Assembly (NCBI GenBank): GCA_048013815.1
Contig: CM106586.1
Location: forward strand, 6,448,001 to 6,512,000
Reading direction: 5' to 3'
DNA from: Setoptus koraiensis
Taxonomy: Eukaryota; Animalia; Arthropoda
Length of the DNA: 64,000 nt
Position 1 is the first letter of the stretch. Each line of letters opens with the position of its first letter. The notes under the pieces are model-generated. The model saw nothing but the letters and a program-made list of their open reading frames with translations, made no database searches and had not been told where the DNA came from. This document shows positions 39,101 through 53,676 of this stretch, one piece after another. The translations under genes were made by a program, and so were the position numbers.

Positions 39101-42100
39101 CAAACGCAGCAACAGCAGCAGCAACAAACACGAAATTGCAATCAAGCTGCCATTACGGCCCGCACTCGGATATCTTGCTGCATGGCTCGCTGACCACTGG
39201 CTGACACCAGCGGCTCGGCGGGGCCCCAGCTTGTCGTTGTTCCAATGTAAAGTGTGTGTGTGTGTGCCGTCTGTGTCCTTTTGTAATAATGTTTCTATCT
39301 TGTTTGGCGATCGCGCGCCCCTCGTAATGGTGTCTTTTCTCACGCACGCGTTATTCTCTCAGAACGCGTGCAAATAGGAGCCCCCAAAACGAAGCCACGG
39401 ACAGCATGTAACAGCCAGCATATAACAGCCAACTTATAACAACACGACACACAACAGAGCCAAGAAAGAGGCCACCGGGCCCCAATTCCTGGCTGCCTTT
39501 TTCCGGCTGGCCAACGTTGTTTTATTTCTATTTTGATTATTGTTGTTGGCGCTGCCAGCGATTCAATTTTGAGCTGCCTGATTATTGCTGTTAGCAAGCG
39601 CGCAGCCAGACGACAACTATTGTGTTTGTGTGTCGTCATGTTGTTATTCTTTTTATCCATTAATGGCCTCTATCATTAACGAGCTGCTGCTGCTGCCGCC
39701 GCCGCTTGCCGGGCTCGCCGAGGGCCCGCAAGCAGCGCCGAGGTGACAAGCCCAGGGCACTTCTCTTGCGGGCCACAACTAGGGGCCCCAACAGAAGAAG
39801 CTCTCTCTCTCTCAGAAGCGTGTTGCCGGCAGCGCAACAGCCAGCCATCTTGTAATCTAAATTGGATTAATGAATCGGCTCCCGATGACACCATAATGAT
39901 ACTCATCTTTTGCCCCTTATCTCGCGCTGTGTTGTTGTGTGTGCTCTGCTGTGCAAGGCGACATTGGGGCGCCAACATTAGTTTCGACAACATGGCGCAC
40001 AGTGTGACAAGTGAATTAAACTATTCTCCACATCCAGCCACCATATCTAGCCACCAAATGCAGCCACCATATCCAGCAGAGAGATCCACACCGAACGCTG
40101 CACCAAACAAACGCTGTTTGCTTGTTAGCCTTGGATCGCGCGCGCCCCACAGCCCAGCAAGACAAAGAGAGCGAGAGCCAACAAAACGACGATAAGGCGA
40201 AGAGGGGCGACAAGGCGAGACGAGGCGAGGCGAGAGAGAGAGAGGCACCGAAAGAAGAGGGATAACCATTAAAAAACAAAATTGCAATCATTACTCTTGG
40301 CGACAAATCATCATTACTGCACAGCGCAGCGTTTGTTTTGTCACGTGTTTTAGTGGCAATCTTGACAAGTGCTAACTAGGCAACATTATGTGACAGCTTG
40401 AGCCATTTCTTCTGGCTTCGTCGGGCTTCTTCGGCTTCTTCGGCTTCTCGGGGCTTCTTCTGGCTCCCTTGAGCTCGTTGCACGGCTCGCTTGCTGTTGC
40501 CGGCGAAGCCATTGCTGGCCGTCATCGTCAGCCACTCTCTACTAGCTCTCTTCTAGCTAGCTTCTGGTTAGCTACTGGCTAGCCTCTGGCTGGCTACTGG
40601 CTGGCTACTCCGCTGGCTGGCTGGCTACTCTAGTCGCTAACGGGCTGCTAGTGGTAGCACGGGCCAGCATAACTGGATATGATACAATTGGCGCTTATTT
40701 CAGATATAAGCAGCATTATTTAAGCTGCATTATATAAGTAACGGTATAAAGGCGCGGAGCCGTGCCGAGGGGCCCCAGTGTGTGCTCAAACTGGCTTGAT
40801 TTGATTCAACCAATTGGTTAATTTCGTTTATTCTGACTTGTGAGTGATTCAGTGAGTCACTGTGCTCAATTGGCCAGCGCGTTGCAAGCGCCTCCAACGA
40901 TCGGCCGACTAACTGGCGATTTTATCCCAATTTGCCAGTCTGTCTTCTGTTACGCAACACACTCCTTTGATGAACAACCTTTGATGGCACCTTTCATGTT
41001 GCTGAAACGACCACAAAATATAAATGCAAATTTGACACTAGCCGGCTTGTCAGTTAGCTCGTCAGCCAGCCACCAACACTAACTAACTAACACCAACGGC
41101 AAGTTGGTCTGTTTGTGCAGCAACAAGCTGCTAATTAGCTTGATAATTGTGTGTTTTTGTTGTTTCCATTAGCAACACGAACAAGATTGTTGTGTGTTTT
41201 TGTTGTTTGTGCTGTGTCGGTCTGCTGCAGTGTGCCAGCTCGACACAAGCGCCCCAACAGCCACCCTCGAACCCTAAAATCGCTAAAAATTCACAATCAC
41301 AAAACCCAAAATCACAAAACCCAAAATCACAAAAACCCACAAAACCCAAAATCACAAAAACCCACAAAAAACCCAAAATCACAAAAAACCCACAAAAAAC
41401 CCTACCCGCAAAGACCTAAAAGCGCCGCTCACCAACGCTATATGCCGCTGTCCAACTGCCAATAGCTTGCCAACTGTGTCCAACTAAACTCACTCATCAG
41501 CTGTGTTAACCATTAAATCTCTCAAATCAATCTATGTGATTATCTAATCACGGCGTTATTATTACGTCACACACACAACGAATGTTAGATGCCCATAACG
41601 CCTTTTTCGTCTGCATCAACTCAAAATCAGCGTTTCAGTGTAAGTGACTATGGTAGCCAAAACGCAAACAACAACACTTTACAACAACAATCATCGGCTG
41701 ATTATTTGCTGCAAAATAGTGCAACGGCAACAACATCAACAACAACTACCACTGCTGCCATTGGCGAAATAGCTGCAATTAGAATAGTGCAATCGCCGAC
41801 GCCCCCATCAACACTGACTCTAAGAGACAACAACAACAACAACAACAACAACAATAACAACAATAGTAATTATAACGGGGCCACATCTCCGTCGACCAGT
41901 CAATTGAACAGACAATTCTTACACAATCTGACAAGTGCGTCATCGTCGGCCGCAACAAACATCATAAACAGTGTCACGAGTCATCATCATCATCACCATC
42001 ACTCCTTTTCTCACCATCATCAGCATGCTCACGCCAATCGCAGCTCCTTGGCCGGTCAGCTGTCCGGCTCACAGGAAGTGCTCGGCCAAACAGCAGCCAG

Positions 42101-42213
42101 TGGTAGTTGTAATCAGCAGGCCAGCGGCCAACAGCAATCGCCCGGCCAGCATCAGCAAGACAACATTAGATCATATGGTATGGGCCCACTCACCTGAGCA
42201 ACTTGACTAACAA

Positions 42214-42248
<35 letters not shown>

Positions 42249-45200
42249 ACGTCTATCCGCTGCTCGAATCTGCTTCATATCTGCCGCAAATCTGCCCCAT
42301 ATCTGCCGCGAATCTGCCGCGAATCTGCTTCATATCTGCCGCAAATCTGCCTCTCATCTGCCGCATATCTCATGCGGTTTGTAACCGCAAACGCAATCAC
42401 CGCGAAACCACTATCAATACTTACCCGTCGCTGCTATTCACCGCTGCTATTTACCCGCCGCCGCTATCTACCGCCGCTATGTACCGCCTCTATGTACCGC
42501 CGCTATACACGCTACCGTCGCAACGCAATACGCACTACGGGCCGCCCGTGTGCTCGCTCACCCACTGACCGCTCACCTGCGCCAACGCGCTCACCTGTCG
42601 GTCGCTCACATTTTATTCGCATTCATTCGCATACGTGGTGTCGTACGTCGTGTCCACGACGCAACCAACATTTACGGCCTGCGCGTTGCATAACACACAC
42701 ATACCGTTATGTCGCCGACACCGTTATGTAACTCACCTGTCTGCCCATACGCCCGCCTGCCTACCTGCAAACAAACCGCAAACCTGCTGCTTCGCTGCTT
42801 ACCATGACCTCCATGACCTTTACGGTAACTTTATTGGCTGTGTCAACTGTCTCTGCTCAACTGTTGCCTCAACTCATGACGCAATCTCTCTGTCACGCTG
42901 TGTGTCACGCTTTGGCACGCTAATCGCATCTCACGAATTGGTCGTCGACTTGATATGCCAAATTGCCTTATTCTAATCTACTTGACATTACTCGAACGGT
43001 GTGCTCGAACGCCGCGACCCCCCAACCAAAATTGATTATCTCGCGTAATTGAAATCCAAACCAAAAATTGAATCTGGCGCCACTGTACCACTCGCGGTTA
43101 CCTTGTGGTTACCTGGCGCTCACCTTGTGGCTACCTTGTGGCAAATGTCCACTTGCTGTGACTTAACTGTGTGTTTACCTGTTTACTGTTGTGTGACCCG
43201 TTTGTTTATTGTGTGTATCATGTCCGTTTATTATGCAATCTTTAACCTTTAGTCGAGTCCATTTCAAACTGTAAGCCAAGCCGTAGCCTCCCAACAACAA
43301 CAGCAACAACAACAACAACTGCTGCTGCAATCGTCGCTGTCCAACAGTTCGTCTGGTCAACTAAACGGAGCGGCCGTATCGTCGCCGTCTAAAAAAGCAA
43401 CAACAGCAACCAGCCAACGTCCACAATCGGCGGCAATGATGCAACGTCAGATGAGCACAACAACATTGGGTAGTGCAAAGTATAATTTCAACAGCAACAA
43501 CAACAACAACAGCGGCAGCACATTCTCTGGTGGCAGCAATAACAGTCGCAATCACCGCTTGTATCAGCGTCAAATGACCGCGTCACAATTAACAACAACC
43601 ACCTATGACAGACAACAACAACAACAACAACAAACATTCCAGGCACAACAGCTGACCGGAAGTAGCGCACAAATTAATGGAATGTCGTCTAGTTCACATT
43701 TGACCATGTCAACTAATTGCTTAAATTTGGCCATGTCGTCAACAACAACAACAGCGGCAGACAAACAGGTAATTAGTCGCCGTTCACCTGTCCAACAATC
43801 AGCCAATGCATCGGGCCAATCAACAGGTGTCAATGGTGGCGCTGCGGCATCATCTGGGTCGTCATCGTCATCATCAACGGCGGCGGCGGCAGCAGCAGCA
43901 GCCGGAACAACGTCAGCGGGCGGCCGCACGGGTTCGTCGGGTTCCGGCGCGTCAACATCGGGCTCGGGCACGGCCACTGGCTCGTCGGGACAAAGCACCA
44001 ATAAGCGCATAATAAGTAGGATGTTATCAATACACACAATAGGCAGTAGCAGCAGTAGTAACGACAAAAACAACAACACCAGCAGTAACAGCAGTGGTGG
44101 TGGTGGCGGCGCTGGCGCCGGTTCCAACGCTTGCGATTCTGGGCCCGATCACCGTCATCATCATCACCACCATCATCACAGTCAAGCATTTGCCTCAGGT
44201 AATTATCGCAAGTTTTTTGTTGTTGCATAATTGTGCATAATTGTGCATAATTGCGCAATTTTCAACTTTTGTCACTTTATGGCGGCGCCATTGCATGCAA
44301 ACGGTCATTGCATTGCTCTTTCGATGCAGTGACATGTCGATGTGGCGGCGTGTCGATGTGGCGGCGTGTCGATGTGGCGACATGTCGACGTGCAGTGGGC
44401 TGACGATGTCGATTTTTGGTGCCGACTCACGGCAAGCTCGCCGACTGGCCGTCGATGCGCCGTTAATGGTCGCAAGCCAACGGCCTCATGCGACAGTAAT
44501 GTGGCGCTAATGCCACACTATCGCCCCCGTCGTATTGCAACAGTAACAGATGAAGGGGCCCACAGCTCGTCGTGGAGAGGCCCGTGGTTAGGCCGCATTG
44601 GTAGCCTTTTACATTGCACTGTCGGTTGGGTGCGCTACGCAGCGCATGCCGTAATACGCCTAGCGTTGGCGGCCCAAATAGCTGGGCCCATTCACTTGGC
44701 TACAGGCCGTACTGTCGCCAGCGATCTTGGCCACACTGGCCAGCCGGCCGTTTCGTCTTGAAGGTCGGCCTATCAGCGGCAGAGTGAGTGTACAACTTGC
44801 AGTGACGTAATAGATGAGATGATGTCATTTGCAGCGCGCGCGCAATCACGTCGCACGAGAAACGGGTCGCCTCACCAATCATCGCTCGTTCTCGTTTACA
44901 AACGGAAACGGATGATCGATTCGAGTGCGGCCGTTGTGCCGCTGCACGGGCCGGGCCACTAAACCAGTCGGTTTTGGCTAGGCAATCGCGCGATAATAAT
45001 AATAATCGTCGTCGTCGTCGTGGCCGGATCCATTCGTCATCGTTGGCCGGCGCTGGCCGGCGCAAAGCTCAGCGCGCGGCCACTTCGGGCCGGCAAGTTG
45101 TCGCCTCGACTTACAACGGCAAGCAAGCGCCAGTATGGCACCAGTATTATGCAGTATCATGCAGTATCATGCAGTATCATGCAGTGTTATGGGGCCCCAA

Positions 45201-48200
45201 AAGCAGCGGGCTGGCCAGCGTGGCGAGCCCAGTTGCAAAATGAATTGGCGCCGTTCGCTCCACTGGCGGCCGTTTGTGTTGGCCACTAGCGCCAGTATAT
45301 TTAGCATAATTGCTATTGCAATTGTGATCCAGTTTCACTTTCTCTGCAGCCATGTTGCGCGTTGTGACATAATCATCATAAGACGACAACCAGTAATGAT
45401 GCTGGCCCTGTTATGCTAATGCAACGCGCGCCAGCCCACAAAACTGGCCAACAAACCGCTGCTTGTTATGCAATGTCAACTGGCACCATCATGAGCCCGT
45501 GCGCGACCATCAGTGTGGCGCGCCAACAAACGAGCGCCTAACGAGCTCTCTGCCGGCTCGTGCTGTTTGTTTTGCCAGACCAAAACGGGGGCCAGTTCAT
45601 TGTAGTCTGGTTGTTTTTGTTTTCATTTTTATTCTTGGCCCCCTCTCTCCGAACGTCGCTCTCTCTCCGAACGTCGCTCTCTCTCCGAATGTCGCTCTCT
45701 CTCCGAACGTCGCATTCTCTTCGAACATCCATCTCGCTCTGGCCGCGCACATACATCTTGACAAGCGGCCATGTGTGCTGGCTGCACGAGCTCATTTCGG
45801 TGCGCGCTCGGCCGGGCTCATTTCGATGTCGGGCTGCGGCCAGCTACAATATTGCATAATAATCCGACTGTAATAGCCTGATTATTATTATATTGCGCAA
45901 CACACACCCACCAACTCTGTGCCGCTGGCCCTCGTTGCGCTCAGCGAGAGCTTGGTGAGCACAGCGCGAGCTTGGCGAGCGCAACGCAACGAGCAGCACA
46001 CCGTGCGCTTCGCAGTGGACAGCTTGTGACAATGGCTCCCCCGTTCCGATATCCGCGCCACTCGAACAGAGCGGCACACACATTCGGAAACAGCGTCGTT
46101 TTGACCACCGGCCAAGATTGTTGTCGAGTTTGTGTCATGACGAAATTATGCAAATTTATCGTCTATCCAAACACGCGCCAGCGTCGCTTGTTGTTGTGCG
46201 TGTTTGCAAGACACGAGCACACTGGCAAGCGTGCACTTGAGCTCTCTCTCTGTCAGTGAGGGCCGAGCAGCGTCTCACTGATTTGTTGTTGTTGTCGTCG
46301 TCTGGCGATTGCCTCGACGACGGGCCCCTGATGACGAGCCAGTGACATTTGTTAAACAGCGAGCTAGTGCAAATGTCAGTGGCGTTTGTGTCGAGCTGAA
46401 CTTTCAAGTGTGCGTACTTGTGCGCCCGGCCCAATGAGCGCCCCGCTCACAATGCGGCGACCGGGCCCCGTCCCGCGCCCGCCGACATGCTGAGATGTGA
46501 TCGATATTCGTCGCTGGCGCTCGCAGCGCCGAAGCGACAGTTAAATTACTTTCCACTGTCTTGTTGTTATTAGTTGTCGGTCGTTGCTTGGCTGCCGGCT
46601 CTCGGCTCTCAATTCTCGGCTCTCAATCCTCGGCTCTCAATCCTCGGCTCTCAATCCTCGGCTGGCCGGCTGCGGGCCCGGGATCGCGAGCGACAAGCGG
46701 CGAGCGGCGAGCGACCAGCCGGCAGACGGAACAGCCTGCCAACAGGAAAGAATTGCCATTTGGCGCCGAATTGAATCGCATTGGCGCGCATTGGATCGGA
46801 TGCGCGAGCCAATCGAAGGGGCCCCAAATCGACATCGTAATGGCGCATTGTAATTCAATCGAAACGAAGCGACACGACGAAACGACTAAACTCAACGATG
46901 CACGCCGAGTCTCGCCGGCGAGCGAGCGTCAGTCATTAGCGAGCACAATGATCATTAGTGCTGTGCATCCATTGACTGTGTCCATATGCCACTCTGCGCG
47001 CACACACACACGCACGCACAACAGTTATCTAACATCGGTCTAGCCAGCCGAAATGCGAAATATACAGCTTATACGAAGCTTACATAAAGCTTATGTGCGC
47101 TTGGCGTGGTTAGACGCGGGCCGGCGCAGAGATATACTCAATTAGACAATTAGCGCCGGATGTTGCATTTTGTACAATGCGCGCAACATCAATCAGCAAT
47201 TGTGTTGTTACGGCCATTGTGTCGGCCATTCTGTTCACGCTAGCGCGCGCACACTGCGCGCCCAAATGACTTTATGAACGGAAACTAACTACTTCTGTTC
47301 CGTTTTGTCCCCCTCGCCTTAGTGTGTGTGTGTCACACACACACACACACACACACCAATTCATCTCATCATCATGGCAACTCGACATTCAACTGCTCGC
47401 TATCCACGCGTGAATACCGTTGATGCCGACGATCGTGTTGCGCAATGTTGTTGGCCTCATACCAAGCGTATATGTACCGTAGCGTATGGCTCGATATATG
47501 AAAGTCGCGCAGTAGTGAAAGTGGCACAGTTGCGAGCGGCACACGCACGACGCACGCACACGGGTGGCGTATGCGCGCGTTGTCCTATAAGTGCTGTCGA
47601 ACATGATTACTGCCGGCGTTGTTTATAAGTGAGTGCAATTTTTTAGTTGAAGGTGCCATACAGGCGAGGCGAGCTGCCTTGCTGGCTGGCCAGATCGCTG
47701 TTCAGACGAGCGCGCGCTCAGTGTGCACAGCACTGTTTGCCAGCGCTGTGCACACTGAGCGCGACTAGTCGCGCGAACCTAGCGCCGTTCGCGACTAGTC
47801 GCACAAACCTAGCGCCGCTCGCGACTAGTCTGGCCACCGTGTTGTTGACGGCCGCATTGTGGACACTGGCGCCCGCTGGCGCACACATACCCGCCACATA
47901 CCGGCCGCGCACCGGCCGCATGCCGGCCGCATACCGGCCGCATACAATGGCCGCCCGACGCAACCATACGGCGCCATATGGGGAGTGAGCCGAAGCGAGA
48001 GCGAGAGCTCGCCAGAACAGGAAACGAGCGATATGTGCGTGTGTGTGTGCGTGTGTGTGTGCGTAGTGTGCGTGCCTGTTGTGCCAATGCGGCATTAATA
48101 GCGACTAGCGCCTAGCTACCGGCCGCTGGCTGCTAGCGACCGGCAGCGTGGCAGATATCAGACCTGCGACAGCATGGCAAACATCGGGCCGCATAGCGAC

Positions 48201-51200
48201 TATCGGGCGCCAGCGCAGTGACTTTGGGGCGCCGGCGAGCAGCGGACGACGACGGATCCAGTTGGCTGAATCTCCGGCTTGCTGCTCGGCGGGGCCCCCG
48301 CTGGTGGCAGCCATCGGGCACTCCCATGGGCGAGCTAGCCGAGGAGCTGGCACGAGCGGCCGCCAGCTCAGCCGAACTCGACTCAAATGCATGTAAATCA
48401 GACACACAAGAGCGCACAAAATTAGCGACTTGTCCAACGGCAACAACAACGGCAGCAACAACAACAACAACAACAGCGCAACGACAACAACAACAACTAC
48501 TCAAACGGCTCGCTCGGGCCCGACGTCCAGGCCGCCCAAGCCACGCGGGCGACCTACGCAGCTCTATAAAGCTTTATGGGGCCCGTGGAGCTTCGCCAGG
48601 CCAACAATCCCTCATTTGAGTTAGCTCGGTTGTTCCCCTGTTGCCGGTTGTTTGGGCCCGTTGTCAGGCCGTTGCGTAACGCCTGTGCGCCAGTTACGTC
48701 GGGCCGGTGCCCGTCGTTACGCAACTGGCGAGTCGCGCCAGCCTGCCGCGTAACCCTTTGGCGCTACCAACGGCAACGGCAAACGGCGACTGCAAACAGC
48801 AACTAGTTCCTAGGTAACTATTAAGTTAGGCCGCTAATAGCCGGCTGGTCGGAGCAACGGCAAGGCCGACTAAGGGCGCGACGACAAGTGCAGGCCCATT
48901 ACCTGTCAGACAGACACGGGATAAGAAATATTCCGGCGCTGGCGGCTATAATTAAACGGAGCCGAGCACGCCATTGCTGCAACCAACTATTGCAACTCGT
49001 GCCAGTATTACGGTGCCACGGTCTCACTCGTGACACGTTGCGTTTTGTCTGATGAAATAAAAGCACACACAACAGTCGATAAATTGATGATTTAACGCAC
49101 GTCTGGCGCTTGCGAGATGCAAACAAGCGATCGCGGTCGTTTGCACCATTGCGAGCCACTGTTACACAGTGGCCCCAACAGCAACAGCCAACAGCAACAA
49201 CCAATGGCAACAACCAATGGCAACAACCAATGGCAACAACATTGCATAACGTCGGCCGGCCAGCGCGGCACAGGTAACTCTCGAGCCGCGACAGGTAACT
49301 CGCGACAGGTAACGCGGCACAGGTAACTCGCCAGTCGCGACAGGTAGCGCCGGCAACATTGCCCATTAATTTATCGGCAAACAATGTTGTCGTCTCAAGT
49401 CTGTTGCAATTTCTGTCCGTCAGTCGCCCTGTCTGTCTGACTGTCTGTCTGACTGTTTGTCCGTCTGACCGTTTGTTTGACCAACAGTAACTGTCGGGTG
49501 TTGGTGCAACGTCAAGCGCCAACACCGCCACCTATTGCACATACTCGACGGCTGACGGTGACAATGTTGACACTGGCTGGCTGGTCGGGCGGCCATTCGA
49601 GCCACTTTATAGATATTTGCGTTACATTACATACTTGCGTACCCTTACGCACGCTTGTGTACGCACGTTACGTAACAATGGCAACGGCGCCAATTTTGAC
49701 CATTGCAAAATAATGATAGCCATAATTGTTTGCGACGTGTGTGTGTGTCTTGCATTGAGATTACAACTTGCGTAACTTGCATTGACCAAACCTGGCAACC
49801 GTAATAGTGAGTGTGCCAACGAAAAGTTGCCCAACAAACCGTCGCAAGAAACCCTAGGTAACTCCAACCATAAATACTGTAAATATATAAATAGCATTTG
49901 TGACAGTTGTAATGTGCGGGCAAGCGACTGTTTATATTATTTTAATATTATGCCCATTGCCACACTGTAGACCCAGTAGACAATGCCGGACAATGGTGAC
50001 ATAATGTCACTTGTGTGCCCCTATAGGCCGTTGCTGTCCAGACCGACGCGCTGCCAAGTGACTGGCGAGCCAATCAAAAATACCTCACGCTCTCTGGCGC
50101 TGAAATACCCCGGCTAATGACACACTGATCAAATAGATTTAATAGATATCCTGTAATGCAAGCAAACAAACGCCGCCCAACTCGCCTGGCCCGCCCAACG
50201 CAATAACGCCTAACGGAGTGGGGCGCCCAACAAACTGGGCCGCCTAACGCAACTAGCTCAAATTGCTTGCAATGTTAGATGCCGTTAGGCGACTGCTGCC
50301 GGGCCCCTCTCACTTGTCAGTTGCATCATTGGCCATTGCACAGCATTACTTATCTAGACTTTACACATTTTGTGCATTTAGATATCTCGCACACACACAC
50401 ACACATTTGTATATATATATACCCGCCTACTTTGGGCCGGTCCACCTCTAGGCGGCCTAGATCCCCTAGGTGAGGCGAGTCTCGTTGCATTTGGTTAGTG
50501 TTTTCCCCAATGGCATATAACGGGATATATATATATATAAGTACATTTATACAGTTGTGTGCGATATCAAGTTCAGTTATTCAGTTGTGTGCCAACCAAC
50601 TTGATATTATATAACTGATGATGTTGTGTGTTTGTCTATTTGCAGTTGCAAATTTGCGAGCTTCTTTTGCTTGAGTCGCACACACCAGCCAGTGATTTAC
50701 ATATTGGCTGGCTAGCCAGCTCGTCAGGCCGCCCTAGCGTTGGGCCGCCCTTGCGTTGGGCCGCCCATTGCCACTGTCACTCGGTTGGCGCCACTACAAC
50801 TGACAACAATTGCCGCGCTAGCGGCACCAATGAGGCCCCGGCACCGATGGCCGGCCTAAAAGTTGTTGTTTATTTTTCTTTTTTTGGCAAATCTCGTCTC
50901 GTGAGCTCGTTTGTGTTGCCACTGTCTGACAGTGAGCGTCTCACCGTCAGAGTGACTGCCAGCGCCATTTTGCCCATTTTGCCCATTTCGCCCATTTTGC
51001 AGAATGTGCGCATTGTCTGCACCGGCGACGGGGGCGGCCCAACACTTTAGGCCGCCTCCAAATCATGGAATATGTATTTATTCCGTCAATTTATTCCCGC
51101 TCCTCGCCCGGCTCCGCCGCCGCCGCCGCCGCTAAATGGGAGCCCTCCCCACAGCCCACACACAGGCTGGCTGGCGAGTATGGGGACGAGTAGCAGCCAG

Positions 51201-52545
51201 TGACACATCGCCAGATAGATCTGATCCATATACATGACGAGCATGTCAGTTTACACTCTATAATCCGCGCTCGTATATAATGCTCGTATAATACTTGTAT
51301 ATCTGCGTGTATTTATACTTGTATTTATACTCGCATTTATACTTGTATTTATACTTGCACACATACACGCGGGCGGCCTTATCTGGCGGCTCGTGCCCGA
51401 GCCAGCCGGCCCGACTCGCCTCCGCTGGCCGCTAAGCTGCCGAGCCCCAGAAGCTGGCCCCCAGAAGCCGGGCCCCAAAAAAAGGAAATGAATTGTTTAC
51501 AATCGAATTTATTCCGTTTGATTCCACTGGTGCCAGTGGCGAGCCATTATTGCGCCAGCTTTATGTCTGACCAAGCTGCCTTATATCCGCTTGCAATGCA
51601 GCCTGTGTGATGCATCTATTCGCATAAAATTATATCGCCGGCGCTCGCTCATCATGCCGCCACGCCATGCACTGGGCCAGTGGCATGAAAATGGCAAGCT
51701 AGCTGACTGATGAGATAATACAACGGCAGCGCCAACAATGGCCAACGATATAATAATGTTGTTATCGTCTCTCCTATTATTATATCATCGCGTGTGCAAC
51801 GCGGAGACGTTGACTTTTGCACAAGTGCTGCAAAACTGGCCAAATCTCTGCAATGTTTCACTTATTCCACACTCTGCCGTCTAGACTCGGCGATCAACAG
51901 CCAGACTCGGCGATCCACAGCCAGACACCGCGATTCATCGCGGAATTCATCGTGCTGCCACCGGGCCGGCGAAAACTCAGGTGAGATGCCGAACTGGCGC
52001 GTCTGTGGCGGGCCTCTGCTGGCCTCGTTTGAACGGGGGCCTCTCGCCAGACAACCGGGGACCCTCGTCGAACGCGCCGAATGAATCGCTAATTTTTCCG
52101 ATCCGACGCAATTCCGTGCCGACGGATCGCATCGTGTCGGGTCGCGGCGGATCGCAGCCGGTCGCAACGGATCGGATTTGTAAGAGTCGGATTAGTGTTG
52201 CTGGCGGCTCAATGGCTGGCTCCGTTTGACTTTGCAGCCCGTTGGGCGACTGTCGCTGCAGCTCGTTTATCGCTGGCATCATGATGATGCCAGCCTCGTG
52301 ATAGCAGCATCTCAGATAAATCATTTCTCTAGATCATCTGGCAGGCATCTAGGTATCAACTCGCTACAAGCGCCAGCAACAACAATGGGGCCGAATATGG
52401 CTTACAGAGCCATTGTTGGCATTCGCAATTTAAAGCGCAATTTTATTGAATTTGCCAGCCATAACGGCGCGCTATAACTGGCCTTTCTTTTGCTATCGCT
52501 ACTGCGTTCGCCTCTGATTTTGGCTTCGATTTTGCTTTTGATTTG

Positions 52546-52576
<31 letters not shown>

Positions 52577-53587
52577 TTGCATCTAACAAGTATCACAGCA
52601 CAGCCAACACACAAGCTGCAACTAAAGCTCTATTGTGCGCCGCATCATCCTATATAAACAAACAACCAAACTAGCTTGGCAAACACAGACAAACAAACAG
52701 TTGGATATTTGCAGCCAGCGATGGCTACACTGAACGGTTTATGGTATGGCGAGCCCTTTCCAGCACACATATCGGCGCCGCAATCCGTTGACTGGCCGCC
52801 AGATAATCTGGCAAGCTAATGATTGGCTCGCTGGTTGCGCTGATTGGCCCATTGGCCCCCAATGTGACATGTTGCCAGCCGGGCTTGCACGGGCTCTTCG
52901 CTGGAGCTCGTTGCAGGGGCTCCCGTCGTGAAGGCTGGTCGTAAAGGGGCCTATATGATGTGTGTTTGCAGTGGCCTAGTGTTGTGCCGGCCCAGTGTTG
53001 TGCCGGCCCAGTGTTGTGCCGGCCCAGTGTTAGCCGGGCCCAGTGTTAGCCGGGCCTAGTGTGGCACAGCCGGGACCGGCCTAACTGGTGGCTGTGTGCC
53101 GCTGCACGAGTGGCCGCGCTTGCCGACATCCTTGGATGGACACAAACACATTATTAGATTATGAGAAACAAGTGATTCGCGATTGTTTGTCGCCAAACCG
53201 GCCTAACCAGCCGAGCCCGGCTGGTTAGGGCATCTTGCCGAGCGGCCCGTGAGTGGTTCGCTGCAAAGGCCGACTACACTTTAAGTTGGCCGACCCAATC
53301 GTGCCGGCCAGCGTGCTGCCAGCCCGTTAGGCCGCCTTAGCGGTTCCATCACATTGACTGATCTTGTTTGTGTGGAATGGGGCAACGGGCTGGCCTATGG
53401 CCAATTAGACAAGTGCGCCCGACAAGTGGCCGCGCCGACCAATCAATTCATGCCATCCAGTTGTGTGTGGAGCCCCGGCCGGTTACCTCGCCCGGCGATT
53501 CTTTCCCCGTTCGCTGGCGTCTCTTTGTGCCGGCTCGGGCTGGCGTGTTGCTGCAACTGGCTGCTGGCGAGCCAGCCAGAGCAGTCG

Positions 53588-53676
<89 letters not shown>

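Noticed and set aside
39743-40195. 150-aa plus-strand ORF in the tomosyn intron as a fourth cassette
   Set aside because: No phase-0 acceptor and phase-1 donor pair in frame; at most a speculative alternative first exon.
47761-47830. Palindromic repeat with spacers resembling a CRISPR array
   Set aside because: Only 2.3 units, the 'spacers' are nearly identical, the genome is eukaryotic and there are no cas genes; it is a minisatellite.
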